NCBI GenBank assembly: GCA_026414225.1
Contig: JAOAJK010000005.1
Location: 10,609 to 74,608 of the forward strand
Reading direction: 5' to 3'
Length of the DNA stretch: 64,000 bases
From: Thermoplasmata archaeon
GTDB lineage: Archaea; Thermoplasmatota; Thermoplasmata; Lutacidiplasmatales; SKW197
Shown here: positions 45,085 through 54,404 of the stretch, one piece after another
Numbering within the stretch: position 1 is the first letter of the stretch
How the letters are laid out: each line of letters starts with the position of its first letter
The notes under the pieces: generated by a model
Seen by the model: the letters and a program-made list of their open reading frames with translations, nothing else
Database searches by the model: none
Told to the model about the DNA's origin: nothing
Made by a program: the position numbers and the translations under genes

Positions 45085-48000
45085 ATGTACCTGAAAGAAA
45101 TTCAGATGCGGAATTTCAAAACCTTCACAAAACCAATCTCAATTACTTTTGAAAGGGGATTCACCGCAGTTACAGGTCCCAACGGAAGCGGTAAATCCAA
45201 CATCTCGGATGCGGTTCTGTTTGTGCTGGGACCGAAGAGTTCCAGGGTAATCCGAGCGGGTAAACTCACCGATTTAATCTTCAACGGGGGAAAGGAGGGA
45301 AAGCCGGCGAAAGAATGCGAGTGCTCGCTTATCTTTGACAACACTGACAGAACAATCCCGATAGATGCGGACGAAGTCAAGCTAACCCGTGTGGTCAAAA
45401 TCTCGCCATCAGATCCTTCTGGCTACAACAGTTACTTCTATGTGAATGACAAGAAATCCACGCTCACCGAGTTTGAAGAGCTCCTTGCGAATGCTAGAAT
45501 CTCCGCAGACAGCTACAACATTGTGCGCCAGGGCGACATCACAAGCATCGTCGAAAAAATGACGCCGGTTGATATCAGAAGAATCATCGATGGAATTGCG
45601 GGCATCACCAAATTTGATGAGGATATAAAGAAGGCGGATGAAAAGCGTGCGTATGTGGAAGATAACCTTTCCAGAATAAGCATCATTCTTGAGGAACACA
45701 GGAACCAGCTCGGGGTGCTTGAGAAGGACAGGGAAACCGCAATCAAATACATGGAATTGCGGCAGCGACTGGAAGAGGCAAAGGCGTCGCTTGCCCACAA
45801 GAAAAGGATCTCCATTGAAGGAGAGATTGCCAGCATCAAGAACCTCATCGAAGCCCAGAATAAAGAAATTGAGAATCTAAAAGCAGAAAAGGAGAAACTG
45901 GGAGAGGAAATTAAAGGACTGGGCGTCAAGAAGGAAGAGATTGAAAAGGAGATTGTAGCAAGGGGTGGAGAGGAATTTAAAAAGCTGAAGACCGAGATTG
46001 ATGGGATTCGCCTGAATGTGGCAAAGGCGAGGGATAGAATCGCTGAACTCAAGGAATCAACCGTCACACTCAAAAATGAAAAAAATCTGGTAGAGAAGGA
46101 AATCCAGAAGCTGGAAAAATCCAGGACCGCCCTTCAGGCCGATGCTGGCAGAACAGCGGAGGAACTCAAAAAAACCGCTGAAGAAATAAAAACCCTTGAG
46201 TCCAGAATCAAATCGGTTGAGGAAACAATCTCAAAGTCAGACACCGAAATTTCCGGTTACCAGAAGGAACTCCTGAAGCTCTCGAACACTGTTGATAAAA
46301 AGATGGAAGAATACAAGAATGCGGAAATCGAGCTGGGTAAGGCAAGAAATGTAATTGAGAACCTTGAAATCCAGATAACAAATGCGGAGGAGGAAATAAA
46401 AACAAGGGAATTTGAGCTGAGGGATGCGGAGTTTGAGTTGAAGGAACTGGGCTCGAACAGGAAGACCTCGGAGAAGAGCATCCAGGAACTAACGGCCGCC
46501 TTCCACAAAAAGCGGGGTGAGGTTGCAAAACTGGAAACTGAGATCGAGAAGGTTGAGGACGAGATCCGCGAACTCACCAGGACCTACAACACACTCAAAG
46601 CCCAGATCGAGGCAAGGATGGGGGCTGAGAGGGGTGCAGGCGATGCAGTCAACACTATTCTGGATGCAAGGAACAGAAATCTGATTAAGGGCATCCATGG
46701 CACCGTTGCCCAGCTTGCCAGATTCGAGGAAAAATACAGCATTGCCCTCGGTGTTGCAGCAGGCCCGAGAATGAATGCGATCGTGGTTGATGACGATGGT
46801 GTTGCTGCACAGTGCATTGAGTATTTGAAGCAGAAGAAGGCAGGAAGGGCCATTTTCATCCCGCTCAACAAAATTCTTGAAACAAGACCCAGGGGCAAGG
46901 CCGTGGTGGTTGCGAAGGATAAGAACTGTGTGGGCTTCGCAATTGACCTCTTGGAATTTGAGGAGAAGTACCGCCCCGCATTTTCGTATGTGTTTGGAGA
47001 CACACTGGTAATGAAGGACCTTGATGCCGCAAGAGCCGTAATGGGCGGCGTGCGGCTTGTTACCCTTGCCGGGGAACTGATAGAGGCAAGCGGTGCAATG
47101 GTTGGAGGAAGCATTCAGGATAGGGAAAAATTCGGTGCCGGCGCCCTGGAGGAACTCGACAGGATTGGGAAGGTACTCGGTTCAAAGATGGAGGAGGAGA
47201 GAAACCTCACTGAAAAGCTGAAGGCGGAGAGAGAAGCCCTGCGGACTCTTGAGGATGAAATCAGGGAGAGGAACAGCAAGGAAGGGACTGCCCAGCTTGC
47301 CTACGAAACCTGCCTGGTGAGAAAGAAGGAGACAGAGAAAAAATTGAATGAGGCACGGGATACCCTTGCAAGATTCAACAAAGAACTTGAGAATGCCAGA
47401 AAGGAGGCAGGGAGATGGGAGGAAGCATGCGAAAAAATCAGGAAGGAAATTGAGAAATTGAAGGCGGAGAAAGAGGAAATAAATGCCAGAATCATGGAAC
47501 TCACGCCAAAGGCGCTGGGCGAGGAGTTAAAAGCCGCGAGGAGCCAGTTGCAGGACTCGGTCAGAAGAAAGGCGGACCTCGAGGGTAGGTTGTCCTCAAT
47601 TGAAACCAACATAAAACTATACACAGAAAGACTGGAAGAGCAGCGGAGAAAGGCTACTGGCATTTCAGACCAGATTGAGAAAAACGGGAAGGAAATTGAG
47701 AAGCTGAACGGAGAGGTTTATGAGGGCGAGGAAAAACTGAAAGCATTGCTGCGGGTTGAGGAGACACTCAACAAGGAACTTGCAGACCTCCAGCAGCAAC
47801 GGGATGAGATTTTCAGGCAGATAAATGAACACACCGCGGAGAGGGACAAAATTGATACCCGGATTCTCTCGAAGAATGACATAATCATCGGCCAGACCAC
47901 AAAGCTTCGTTCGCTCGAGGAAGCCCTTGCGGAAATTAACATTGAGATAATGGGTTACAAGGTAAAGGTGCCGGAAAAACTGCCATCAAACGAGGAACTG

Positions 48001-48687
48001 AAACGCACGATTGCGGATTGCGAGAACGCAATAAACTTGCTTGGACCGGTGAACATGAAAGCAATCGAGGACTACGATGCCCTCAAGAAGCGGATTGAGG
48101 AATTGAAAACGGAATTCGACAGGCTCGAGGAGGAAAAGCACAAACTCATAGACCTTGTGAAAGAAATTACAGAGAAGAAGAAAACCGGGTTCTACAAGGT
48201 TTACACCGCAATCAACGAAAATTTCAAGAGGATCTATGCCGAACTTTCAGATGGAGGCGAGGCAGAGCTCGTGCTCGAAAATCCAGATAACCCGTTTGAA
48301 GGTGGGTTGCACATCAAGGCAAAGCCAAAAAACAAGAAGGTCATAAGATTGGAGTCCTTGTCTGGCGGTGAGAAAAGTCTCACAGGGCTCGCGTTCATAT
48401 TTGCAATCCAGCAGTATGACCCGAGTCCCTTCTACTTCCTCGATGAGGTGGATATGTTCCTGGATGCGATAAATGCTGAGATTGTGGCCAAGGTGATAAA
48501 AAAGAATTCTGCAAAGGCCCAGTTTATCATGATTTCCCTCAGGAAAGTCACACTCCAGTACGCGGATAGATTGTATGGCGTAACCTTGGAGCCAAATGGA
48601 ACCTCCAAAGTGGTTGCACTTGAACTTGACCAGATTAAGGACATGGTCGAAGAAAAACCGAAAGAAGAGTCAGAAGGGGTGGTGTAA
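45085..48687 (+). CDS. smc: chromosome segregation protein SMC
   Basis: 1200 aa. N-terminal Walker A GPNGSGKSN, long coiled coils, hinge (about aa 520-680), C-terminal LSGGEKSLTGLAFIFA (ABC signature) and FYFLDEVD (Walker B). Confidence 0.95.
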   Translation: MYLKEIQMRNFKTFTKPISITFERGFTAVTGPNGSGKSNISDAVLFVLGPKSSRVIRAGKLTDLIFNGGKEGKPAKECECSLIFDNTDRTIPIDADEVKLTRVVKISPSDPSGYNSYFYVNDKKSTLTEFEELLANARISADSYNIVRQGDITSIVEKMTPVDIRRIIDGIAGITKFDEDIKKADEKRAYVEDNLSRISIILEEHRNQLGVLEKDRETAIKYMELRQRLEEAKASLAHKKRISIEGEIASIKNLIEAQNKEIENLKAEKEKLGEEIKGLGVKKEEIEKEIVARGGEEFKKLKTEIDGIRLNVAKARDRIAELKESTVTLKNEKNLVEKEIQKLEKSRTALQADAGRTAEELKKTAEEIKTLESRIKSVEETISKSDTEISGYQKELLKLSNTVDKKMEEYKNAEIELGKARNVIENLEIQITNAEEEIKTREFELRDAEFELKELGSNRKTSEKSIQELTAAFHKKRGEVAKLETEIEKVEDEIRELTRTYNTLKAQIEARMGAERGAGDAVNTILDARNRNLIKGIHGTVAQLARFEEKYSIALGVAAGPRMNAIVVDDDGVAAQCIEYLKQKKAGRAIFIPLNKILETRPRGKAVVVAKDKNCVGFAIDLLEFEEKYRPAFSYVFGDTLVMKDLDAARAVMGGVRLVTLAGELIEASGAMVGGSIQDREKFGAGALEELDRIGKVLGSKMEEERNLTEKLKAEREALRTLEDEIRERNSKEGTAQLAYETCLVRKKETEKKLNEARDTLARFNKELENARKEAGRWEEACEKIRKEIEKLKAEKEEINARIMELTPKALGEELKAARSQLQDSVRRKADLEGRLSSIETNIKLYTERLEEQRRKATGISDQIEKNGKEIEKLNGEVYEGEEKLKALLRVEETLNKELADLQQQRDEIFRQINEHTAERDKIDTRILSKNDIIIGQTTKLRSLEEALAEINIEIMGYKVKVPEKLPSNEELKRTIADCENAINLLGPVNMKAIEDYDALKKRIEELKTEFDRLEEEKHKLIDLVKEITEKKKTGFYKVYTAINENFKRIYAELSDGGEAELVLENPDNPFEGGLHIKAKPKNKKVIRLESLSGGEKSLTGLAFIFAIQQYDPSPFYFLDEVDMFLDAINAEIVAKVIKKNSAKAQFIMISLRKVTLQYADRLYGVTLEPNGTSKVVALELDQIKDMVEEKPKEESEGVV

Positions 48688-49605
48688 ATGAATACATCAA
48701 CAGTTTGTGAAGTCGGGAAAACCGAAAACCTGGAAATCGGGGCTCTGAAAACAGTGAAGTTCGAACCAGAGGTTGTCAAAAATGTGCTGAATCACCTGCT
48801 CTTCTACAAGTCGCTCATCAGCGAGAAGGATGAGAAGAAGATTGACCACTACCTGAACCTCGTGGAAACGCTTGGTGGCGGGAGCTTTATTTCAATCCAG
48901 AACCCGTTCGAACGCGCTCTGGCTGCAATCTTCGAGCTTGTGCTCGAGCATGCTCTTGACCCGTGGAACATAGACCTCGTGGAGTTTGCAAAAATGTATC
49001 ACGAGAAACTCAAGGAAAGTGACGACATTGACTTCATCACAGCGGGAAGAATCATTCTCATGGCATGGGCAATCCTGCACATCCAGAGCGAGACGCTGAG
49101 GTTGAAGGCAGAGCCGCCCGCACCTGCACCCGTGGAAGAAATAGACACCGGGGTAGAACTCTGGAGCACACCCGAAGAGATGGATTACACCAACATCGTG
49201 CTGAACGCTGAGGAACCACCAATCCAGCCCCTTGCCCTCCACCCGAGCACAAGGCCAGTCACACTCATGGAACTTGTGAATGCCTTCGACGAGGCAAGGG
49301 TGGAAGCGGAACGGCGGATGCAGCTGGAAGAAATCAGGAAGGCAAATGTAAACAAATTCCAGAGCACACCAGCAATCAAGGTCCACGAGGAATCCATAGA
49401 GCAGGAAATCAACGAACTCTGGCCAAAGATTGAAACCAGGCATGGTAAGTTCGGATTTCGCTCATTGCTGAACGGATGCAGGAGCCGAAGCGTGATTGTG
49501 GGCATGTTCGTTGCGTTGCTCCACCTTGCGAAGATGAACAGGATAAAAATCTGGCAGGAAAAAATTCCGTATGGAGAAATATATATAGAGGTGCTGAATA
49601 ACTGA
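48688..49605 (+). CDS. scpA: segregation and condensation protein A (kleisin)
   Basis: 305 aa. ATG overlaps the smc stop (TAAATG). The HALDPWNIDLVEFAKMY motif is typical of ScpA. C-terminal winged helix. Confidence 0.82.
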   Translation: MNTSTVCEVGKTENLEIGALKTVKFEPEVVKNVLNHLLFYKSLISEKDEKKIDHYLNLVETLGGGSFISIQNPFERALAAIFELVLEHALDPWNIDLVEFAKMYHEKLKESDDIDFITAGRIILMAWAILHIQSETLRLKAEPPAPAPVEEIDTGVELWSTPEEMDYTNIVLNAEEPPIQPLALHPSTRPVTLMELVNAFDEARVEAERRMQLEEIRKANVNKFQSTPAIKVHEESIEQEINELWPKIETRHGKFGFRSLLNGCRSRSVIVGMFVALLHLAKMNRIKIWQEKIPYGEIYIEVLNN

Positions 49606-49613
49606 TTGAGACC

Positions 49614-50213
49614 ATGGAGAAGCAACTCTCACTCGTGATTGAAGCGCTCCTTTTCTCCTCAGGAAGAGAGATGAGTGTGCGGGAGATTGCCCAGATGCTG
49701 GGCCTGGAGGAAAAGGATGTGAGAAAGGGCTGCCGGGAGCTTGTGCAGCGATACAGGAAGGCCAACACCGCAATTGAGATTGGAAGGGTGGGAACAAGAT
49801 TTGTGATGCGGTTGAGGCCAGAGTTTGTGGGGGTTGCTGTGCCCGTTGCGATGCCTGAACTTGAGAAGGACGAGATAAAAACCCTGGCATTAATTGCGTT
49901 CTACCAGCCACTCAAGCAGAGCGTGCTTTCAAAAATGGTGGGTTCAAAGGTGTACGAACACATAGAAAAACTGAAAAGAATGGAGCTCATCAAGACAAAA
50001 AAGAGCGGGGCAACATTTACCCTCACTACCACCAGAAAATTCCTCGTTTATTTTGGCATTCCAAGTGCGAAGAAGGAAGAAATCAGAAAATGGGTTGCAA
50101 GCAAGGTGGGAATTGAGCTGAAACAGGAGGATGTGCCACCTCCAGGAGCCCAGGGGGCCGCGGAAAACCTCGAGAACTCTGGCGAGTCAAAAACTGAGCA
50201 AACGCTGGAGTAA
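49614..50213 (+). CDS. scpB: segregation and condensation protein B
   Basis: 199 aa. LSLVIEALLFSSGREMSVREIAQML (tandem wHTH typical of ScpB). Confidence 0.86.
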   Translation: MEKQLSLVIEALLFSSGREMSVREIAQMLGLEEKDVRKGCRELVQRYRKANTAIEIGRVGTRFVMRLRPEFVGVAVPVAMPELEKDEIKTLALIAFYQPLKQSVLSKMVGSKVYEHIEKLKRMELIKTKKSGATFTLTTTRKFLVYFGIPSAKKEEIRKWVASKVGIELKQEDVPPPGAQGAAENLENSGESKTEQTLE

Positions 50214-50277
50214 CCCAAAAATTTTATTTATCCACACTACATTTCCTTTATGTTAAATAACGGCAGGTGCTGTGTCA

Positions 50278-53200
50278 ATGGAAGACGGTGCAGAAAAAAA
50301 AGCCATTGTGGAATTCACAAGAATCCCGAGCATAGGGCTTGCCAGAGCGAAGAAACTTTACGAGGCAGGTTATCATTCAATCGAGGATTTGAAGAAAGCA
50401 AGTTTCGAGGAGCTTGCAAGGATAAATGGAATCGGCGAAACCCATGCAAGGGCCATCAAAGAACATTTCGGAGATAAACCAGTGAAAAAACCATTTTCCG
50501 ATTTCAGGGTTAAAAAGGTTGCGGTTGAGGTGAGTCCTGGGGAAGACACAGCGGAAAATAATGAGGAGACATCGTTACCTGACCCGGAGATGGAAAAAGA
50601 GCTGCTTGATATGGAAAAGGAGCTTAAGGAAACAGAGGAATTTATCGAGAAGTCAAAGGTAAGCACGGGCCCGATCGTGTTTGAGAAGAAGGTAAAGGTG
50701 GAGAAGGGTAAGGTTGTGGTAAGAAAAAGACGATTCCCGACGAAGGGAGTGAAGGTTGGAACCTTCATTCTTGCCTCTTTTCTAATCCTTACCTCGGTTT
50801 TCGTACTCTGGTATGCAACCCGACCAACAGGTAGAATCATGGTCGATGGAAACATCGACGACTGGGAAGGGATCGCGAGGTACACCGATTCAATCCCTGT
50901 TTTCAACCAGGACATAAACCTCAACGAATACAGTGTATACTATGAAAACGACCGGGTTTACTTTTATGCACGGGTGCCTGGCAGCCTATACAATGGTGCA
51001 AATAATGGCTACGATGCCCTCGTAATCTTTGTGGACACGGACGGAAATCCCGCAACTGGCTACAGGATAGAGAACCTGGGTGTCGATGCAAAAATCGAGG
51101 TGGCTGGCTACGGCGGCGAAATCCGCTCTGCCTCCGTATCGAGGTTTATCCCTGACAGTGCTTCCGCAAAGCCCGAGCTAAACTACAGTGCGTGGGAGAA
51201 TGCGGGTGAGGTCAGGGTAGAAAAGACAGACAGGATAGTCGAGGGTTATGCGAAGGTTGCTGGGCTAGAGAATCCCGTGAGCTTGGTGGTGATGCGGCAT
51301 TACGAGGGTTCAACCTATGCGGAGAAGCGGGGTGCGGCGGTTGTGGGCAAGGCACCCGGTAGCCTGGTAATTTACCAGAATTTCGTGGCCGGCGATGTGG
51401 TAAATCTGAATGACGATGTGGTTGAACTGAAGGTTGTGGCAAAGGGGGGAAATGTGAAGGTAAGCCAGATTGCTGTTTCCAATGCTGTTCTGAACCTTCC
51501 AAAGAATGAACTTGGACCAAACGAGGAATTTACGGTGAGGGCAAAAGCGAACGAACTGGGCACTGGCACCGCATACGAATTCGGGGTTGCCAGCGTGACC
51601 GCGGATGTGCCCTACCGCATCGTTGGTGCGGGCGGAAAGGCGTACTTCGGCTCTTTGCCTTCAGGCATCGTGATAGACGGTGCGTTCGGTGACTGGGAGG
51701 GGGTCCAGAAGGGCACCGATGTTCCCGGAGATGCACCCAGGAACATTGATTTGAGGGAGTATGCGAGCGCAATCTCCAGCAATGCATACTTCTACATGGC
51801 CGTTGACGGGAGCATGCTCGCCGGCTGTGAGATTCCGGTGGTTGCTGGAAGACCGCCGGTGCAGCCAGGCCCTCCAGCACCCGTGGTGATAAAGGAAAAT
51901 CTGGGTCTGGATGTGGCGAGGGTTTACATTGACCTGATTAACTCTACAATCAACACCTTCAACCCGGCAATGATTTCGCACGGGTATCTTATCGAGCTGC
52001 AGGGGAGGAACGGACAGGTGGTCAGCGCAAAGGTCTGGAAATGGGAGAATGGAATGAGGGCGGAGGAGATTTCAAGTTCAAACATTGTTTACGGGTTGAG
52101 CGACGGGAAGATTGAGATCGGGATCGGACTTGCTGTACTCCCAGGGATTGACGGAAGCACGAAATTCTACTTTGAGATGAGCAACTGGTTGGGAGAGAAA
52201 GATGTGAACGAGATGGCGTATCTAGCCGGGAGAGAGGGAACTAGGGTGGGTGGCGGCGGGAACTATGGCTCATCGCTGTTGGCCGACTTTACTGGCACCT
52301 ACAATAAAGTGGTGCTCGTGAACGATAGATACACCTCGACTACAAAAGGGGCTTTGCGGCTGGAAAATGCAACAATCGCCTATGGTGGATTGAATGCCAC
52401 GGATGTGGATGCGGGAGGCAACCTCACGGTGAGCAATACAAGGTACTGGAATGGGACCTACTACTTCAGGCATCTTAAAATTGCAGGCACAGGAAACATT
52501 ACGGCGAGCGGCTACATGACCGTGATACGAATCTATGCTGAAGTCATAGAGGTAGAGACCGGTGGGGTGATATATCTTGCTGGTAGGGGTGGAAAGGGCG
52601 GTGCCGGTGGAGCCGCAGGTGGTGGTGATGGATACACGGGACAGGATGGGAATGACAGTAGTGGACCTTCCGCGAGTAACAACGGACAGGCGGATGGTGG
52701 TGCCGGTGGAGGGGGGATACTCTCAAGTAACAACTATGGTGGTTTTGGTGGTGGTGGTGGCGGATTTGCAGGAAACGGTGGCAATGGAGGGCAGGGAGCC
52801 AAAGATGGGGCCCTCGGGGTAGATGGTACAAATGGATACTACGGAAGAGGTGGAATTGCATATGCTTCCGCACCGAACCTGAAGCCTGGTTCCGGTGGCG
52901 GTGGTGGAAGTGGGGGAGACGGAGGTAACAGTGCTGCTGGCGGTGCGGGCGGTCACGGTGGAGGAGCCATTCTGCTGAACGCCTGGAACATCTACATCAA
53001 CGGAAGGATTATTGCAAATGGCACTGATGCTGGAAACGGGGAAGATGGAGATAGGCCAGGTGCCGGTGGTGGAGGCGGTTCCGGTGGCTGTATATTGGTA
53101 CAGGGCTGCAATGTGACAGTTGGAGCAAATGCGGAGTTCAACGCATCAGGGGGGGCAGGTGGTAATGCAGGAGCTGACACCCACGATGCCAGCACGGATG

Positions 53201-54360
53201 ACGAAGCCGGTGGCGGAGGCGGTGGCGGCGGAGGTGCAATCTGGATTTATGCAGACAACGCCTACAGTGAAAGCAGTGGGGCAAAATTCAATGTTTCCGG
53301 AGGCGTCGGAGGTCTTGGCTCAGTCGGGGCACCTACCCCGTTGAATAACAACGGAGTAAACGGGACGGCTGGCAACATCAGTAAGCCAGCCCAGGGTGCA
53401 CCCCCCTCTCCGAGAACCACTTTCACATCTAACTTGAGCTATGCCCTCACAGGCTACTATGTTTCGCAAGTGCTGGATGCAGGTAGAATTGCCCTCTGGC
53501 GCACATTAAACTGGACGAGAGACACTCACTGGGGAGGAACGCAGGTAACTTTGAGGGTAAGGTGGGGTAACACCTCGTTGCCCGATGCGACCTGGCATGC
53601 CTGGCAGGATGTAAATGGCACGATGAGCGGAGGCAATGGACCGCTGAGTGAGACATTTAATTTAGCCATTACAAGCTATCCATTTGCCAGATTTTTCCAG
53701 TATAACATCACGATCGGAACATCCGTGGGGATGAACTCTCCTACAATTTACAGAGTTAATCTAACCTACTCAAAGCCAAAGGTTTTGATTGCGAGCGTTA
53801 TCTTTAACCCCTATCCCACGGGTGGAACGAATCACAGTGTAGTGCTGGCAAATAACGACAGCTTCCCTGTTATATACTCTACAATATATCTGAATTCCTC
53901 GGCGAATTCCTACTCCACGCCGCTTTCTCTGACTCCGGGCTCTAGGATTACAGTGCCCCTTTCATCGAGCTTTTTCCTTTCAGTGAATATTTCTGGTGAT
54001 TTTCTGTTTTTAAATGATTCCACATCCAGCATATCAGGGCTCCCACCGCACGGAATCGTAGATTTCGTAAACTGGACAGATAGAAACGGCGGAGAGCCAC
54101 CTCCATGTGGGAACTATGCAGCAATCCAGAATGAGTGGACCAATGGGGCCGTGAATCTGACTGGCTTCGATCCACTTACCCAGATAGGAATAAACCGCTC
54201 CGTGATTATGGATGCACCTGTGGACACGGACACGAAAGCTGACTGGTATGTGATAGTGGGGGAGCAAACTGGGAGTACTCCGTTGATGCTGGTTCTTATG
54301 CTGATTCCGTGCATCGTCATAGTAAGGAAGGAGCGCGGCCAAAAACTGAGAAAACTGTAA
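50278..54360 (+). CDS. large membrane-anchored protein: cytoplasmic N-terminal HhH2 DNA-binding domain, TM, ~1150-aa Gly/Asn-rich beta-helix-like extracellular domain with many N-glycosylation sequons, C-terminal TM anchor plus basic tail
   Basis: HhH pair IPSIGLARAKKLYEAGYHSIEDL...INGIGETHARAIKEHF, then an acidic linker. TM1 is VGTFILASFLILTSVFVLWYA, preceded by KRRFPTKGVK (positive-inside). Repeats GGAGGGG...GGAI(L/W)I. At least 25 NxS/T sequons. C-terminal TM PLMLVLMLIPCIVIV plus RKERGQKLRKL. ATG at 50278 (the ORF-track GTG is at 50272). Confidence 0.75.
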   Translation: MEDGAEKKAIVEFTRIPSIGLARAKKLYEAGYHSIEDLKKASFEELARINGIGETHARAIKEHFGDKPVKKPFSDFRVKKVAVEVSPGEDTAENNEETSLPDPEMEKELLDMEKELKETEEFIEKSKVSTGPIVFEKKVKVEKGKVVVRKRRFPTKGVKVGTFILASFLILTSVFVLWYATRPTGRIMVDGNIDDWEGIARYTDSIPVFNQDINLNEYSVYYENDRVYFYARVPGSLYNGANNGYDALVIFVDTDGNPATGYRIENLGVDAKIEVAGYGGEIRSASVSRFIPDSASAKPELNYSAWENAGEVRVEKTDRIVEGYAKVAGLENPVSLVVMRHYEGSTYAEKRGAAVVGKAPGSLVIYQNFVAGDVVNLNDDVVELKVVAKGGNVKVSQIAVSNAVLNLPKNELGPNEEFTVRAKANELGTGTAYEFGVASVTADVPYRIVGAGGKAYFGSLPSGIVIDGAFGDWEGVQKGTDVPGDAPRNIDLREYASAISSNAYFYMAVDGSMLAGCEIPVVAGRPPVQPGPPAPVVIKENLGLDVARVYIDLINSTINTFNPAMISHGYLIELQGRNGQVVSAKVWKWENGMRAEEISSSNIVYGLSDGKIEIGIGLAVLPGIDGSTKFYFEMSNWLGEKDVNEMAYLAGREGTRVGGGGNYGSSLLADFTGTYNKVVLVNDRYTSTTKGALRLENATIAYGGLNATDVDAGGNLTVSNTRYWNGTYYFRHLKIAGTGNITASGYMTVIRIYAEVIEVETGGVIYLAGRGGKGGAGGAAGGGDGYTGQDGNDSSGPSASNNGQADGGAGGGGILSSNNYGGFGGGGGGFAGNGGNGGQGAKDGALGVDGTNGYYGRGGIAYASAPNLKPGSGGGGGSGGDGGNSAAGGAGGHGGGAILLNAWNIYINGRIIANGTDAGNGEDGDRPGAGGGGGSGGCILVQGCNVTVGANAEFNASGGAGGNAGADTHDASTDDEAGGGGGGGGGAIWIYADNAYSESSGAKFNVSGGVGGLGSVGAPTPLNNNGVNGTAGNISKPAQGAPPSPRTTFTSNLSYALTGYYVSQVLDAGRIALWRTLNWTRDTHWGGTQVTLRVRWGNTSLPDATWHAWQDVNGTMSGGNGPLSETFNLAITSYPFARFFQYNITIGTSVGMNSPTIYRVNLTYSKPKVLIASVIFNPYPTGGTNHSVVLANNDSFPVIYSTIYLNSSANSYSTPLSLTPGSRITVPLSSSFFLSVNISGDFLFLNDSTSSISGLPPHGIVDFVNWTDRNGGEPPPCGNYAAIQNEWTNGAVNLTGFDPLTQIGINRSVIMDAPVDTDTKADWYVIVGEQTGSTPLMLVLMLIPCIVIVRKERGQKLRKL

Positions 54361-54404
54361 ATACCCCCACCATTATCAGCCAACAAATTTCAGAGGTGGT
54401 AATC

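Noticed and set aside
50250-50477. 75-aa ORF overlapping the start of the giant envelope-protein gene in another frame
   Set aside because: Arg/Cys-rich, out of frame with a gene that has a clear HhH domain. It spans the promoter-ATG junction.
52533-53200. possible CRISPR or low-complexity DNA repeat in GGT/GGC-rich tract; minus-strand Pro-rich ORFs
   Set aside because: No spacer-repeat periodicity. The tract is the Gly-rich coding region of the envelope protein, and the antisense Pro-rich ORFs (CCN = antisense of GGN) are shadows.
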